A stretch of 63,132 bases of DNA, the filler included, from Octopus bimaculoides (lineage: Eukaryota), in assembly GCF_001194135.2 (NCBI RefSeq). It is 5 parts of 5 records of this genome, joined end to end, with 100 filler letters (N's around TTAATTAATTAA, not from the genome) between each part and the next. Parts side by side here need not be neighbours in the genome. Positions count along the whole stretch, not along the records: positions 51,471 to 63,132 come from NC_068986.1; 4 more parts are not named here. One strand, given 5' to 3'. The notes beneath the pieces are model-generated. The model had not been told where the DNA came from, searched no databases, and worked only from the letters and a program-made list of their open reading frames with translations. Of the stretch, positions 62,746-63,132 are shown piece after piece. The first letter of the stretch is position 1; each line of letters starts with the position of its first letter. The translations under genes were made by a program, and so were the position numbers.

Positions 62746-63132
62746 ATTCTATTTTAAAAATGTACGAGTTTCAGATAAGACAACAAGAGTAACTGAATAG
62801 CGTACCTCTTGATGTGTGATGCGTGACTTATATGATGTTTGGCTGACCGGTTTATTCAAAAGTAAAGTTTATTAACAAAGCGACAGTGGAGAGATACGAA
62901 CAAGCGACTGTCACGGCAATACGTGTTTACTAAGAACTGTTTCATACGGCTGTTGTATAAAACAGAGAAACGGACCAGTTCACCGTGTACTGATATCGCA
63001 GAGCAATCGTAGATATCACAAGCATTTACAAAGGATTCCTCAATAATGACAACAGCAACATTCAGTACAACTATTTTTACAAAACGCAAACCGCTAACAT
63101 CAGCCTGTATATATATATATATATATATATAT

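Noticed and set aside
62800-63110. CpG-rich block ending in CTG-TA beside (TA)n, a possible Tc1/mariner end
   Set aside because: No partner TIR or transposase motif in the window.

Overview
Repeat-rich, AT-rich animal genomic DNA from a gapped draft assembly. It is most likely an octopod cephalopod, inferred from recalled SINE families and the (AT)/(CA)/(AAT)/(GAT) microsatellite load. Two host genes are supported. MCC (+ strand) has two coding exons, 22330-22472 and 27734-27864, joined in frame through canonical AG/GT sites. PEDS1/TMEM189 (- strand) has only its first coding exon visible, 47801-47651, with a CpG-rich promoter-like region upstream. The rest is mostly decayed transposons: a full-length mariner, a full-length Tc1, R4/Dong-type and other RLE LINE fragments, two RTE lineages, a CR1/L2-like 3' end, Penelope-like elements (PLEs), a hAT MITE, a foldback MITE and many SINEs. 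Four 100-bp gaps carry a synthetic TTAATTAATTAA spacer, so the window is five joined segments whose adjacency is unproven. The most interesting observations: (1) a tandem array in PEDS1 intron 1 whose unit is a decayed copy of the exon 1 3' end plus its splice donor; (2) a near-intact minimal type I hammerhead ribozyme next to a 62-bp palindrome; (3) a 1.25-kb TGT...ACA element with ~90-bp TIRs and an LTR-like interior, lying tail-to-tail against a diverged relative inside an MCC intron; (4) several orphan exon candidates. All protein and family assignments come from recalled motifs; no database search was run.
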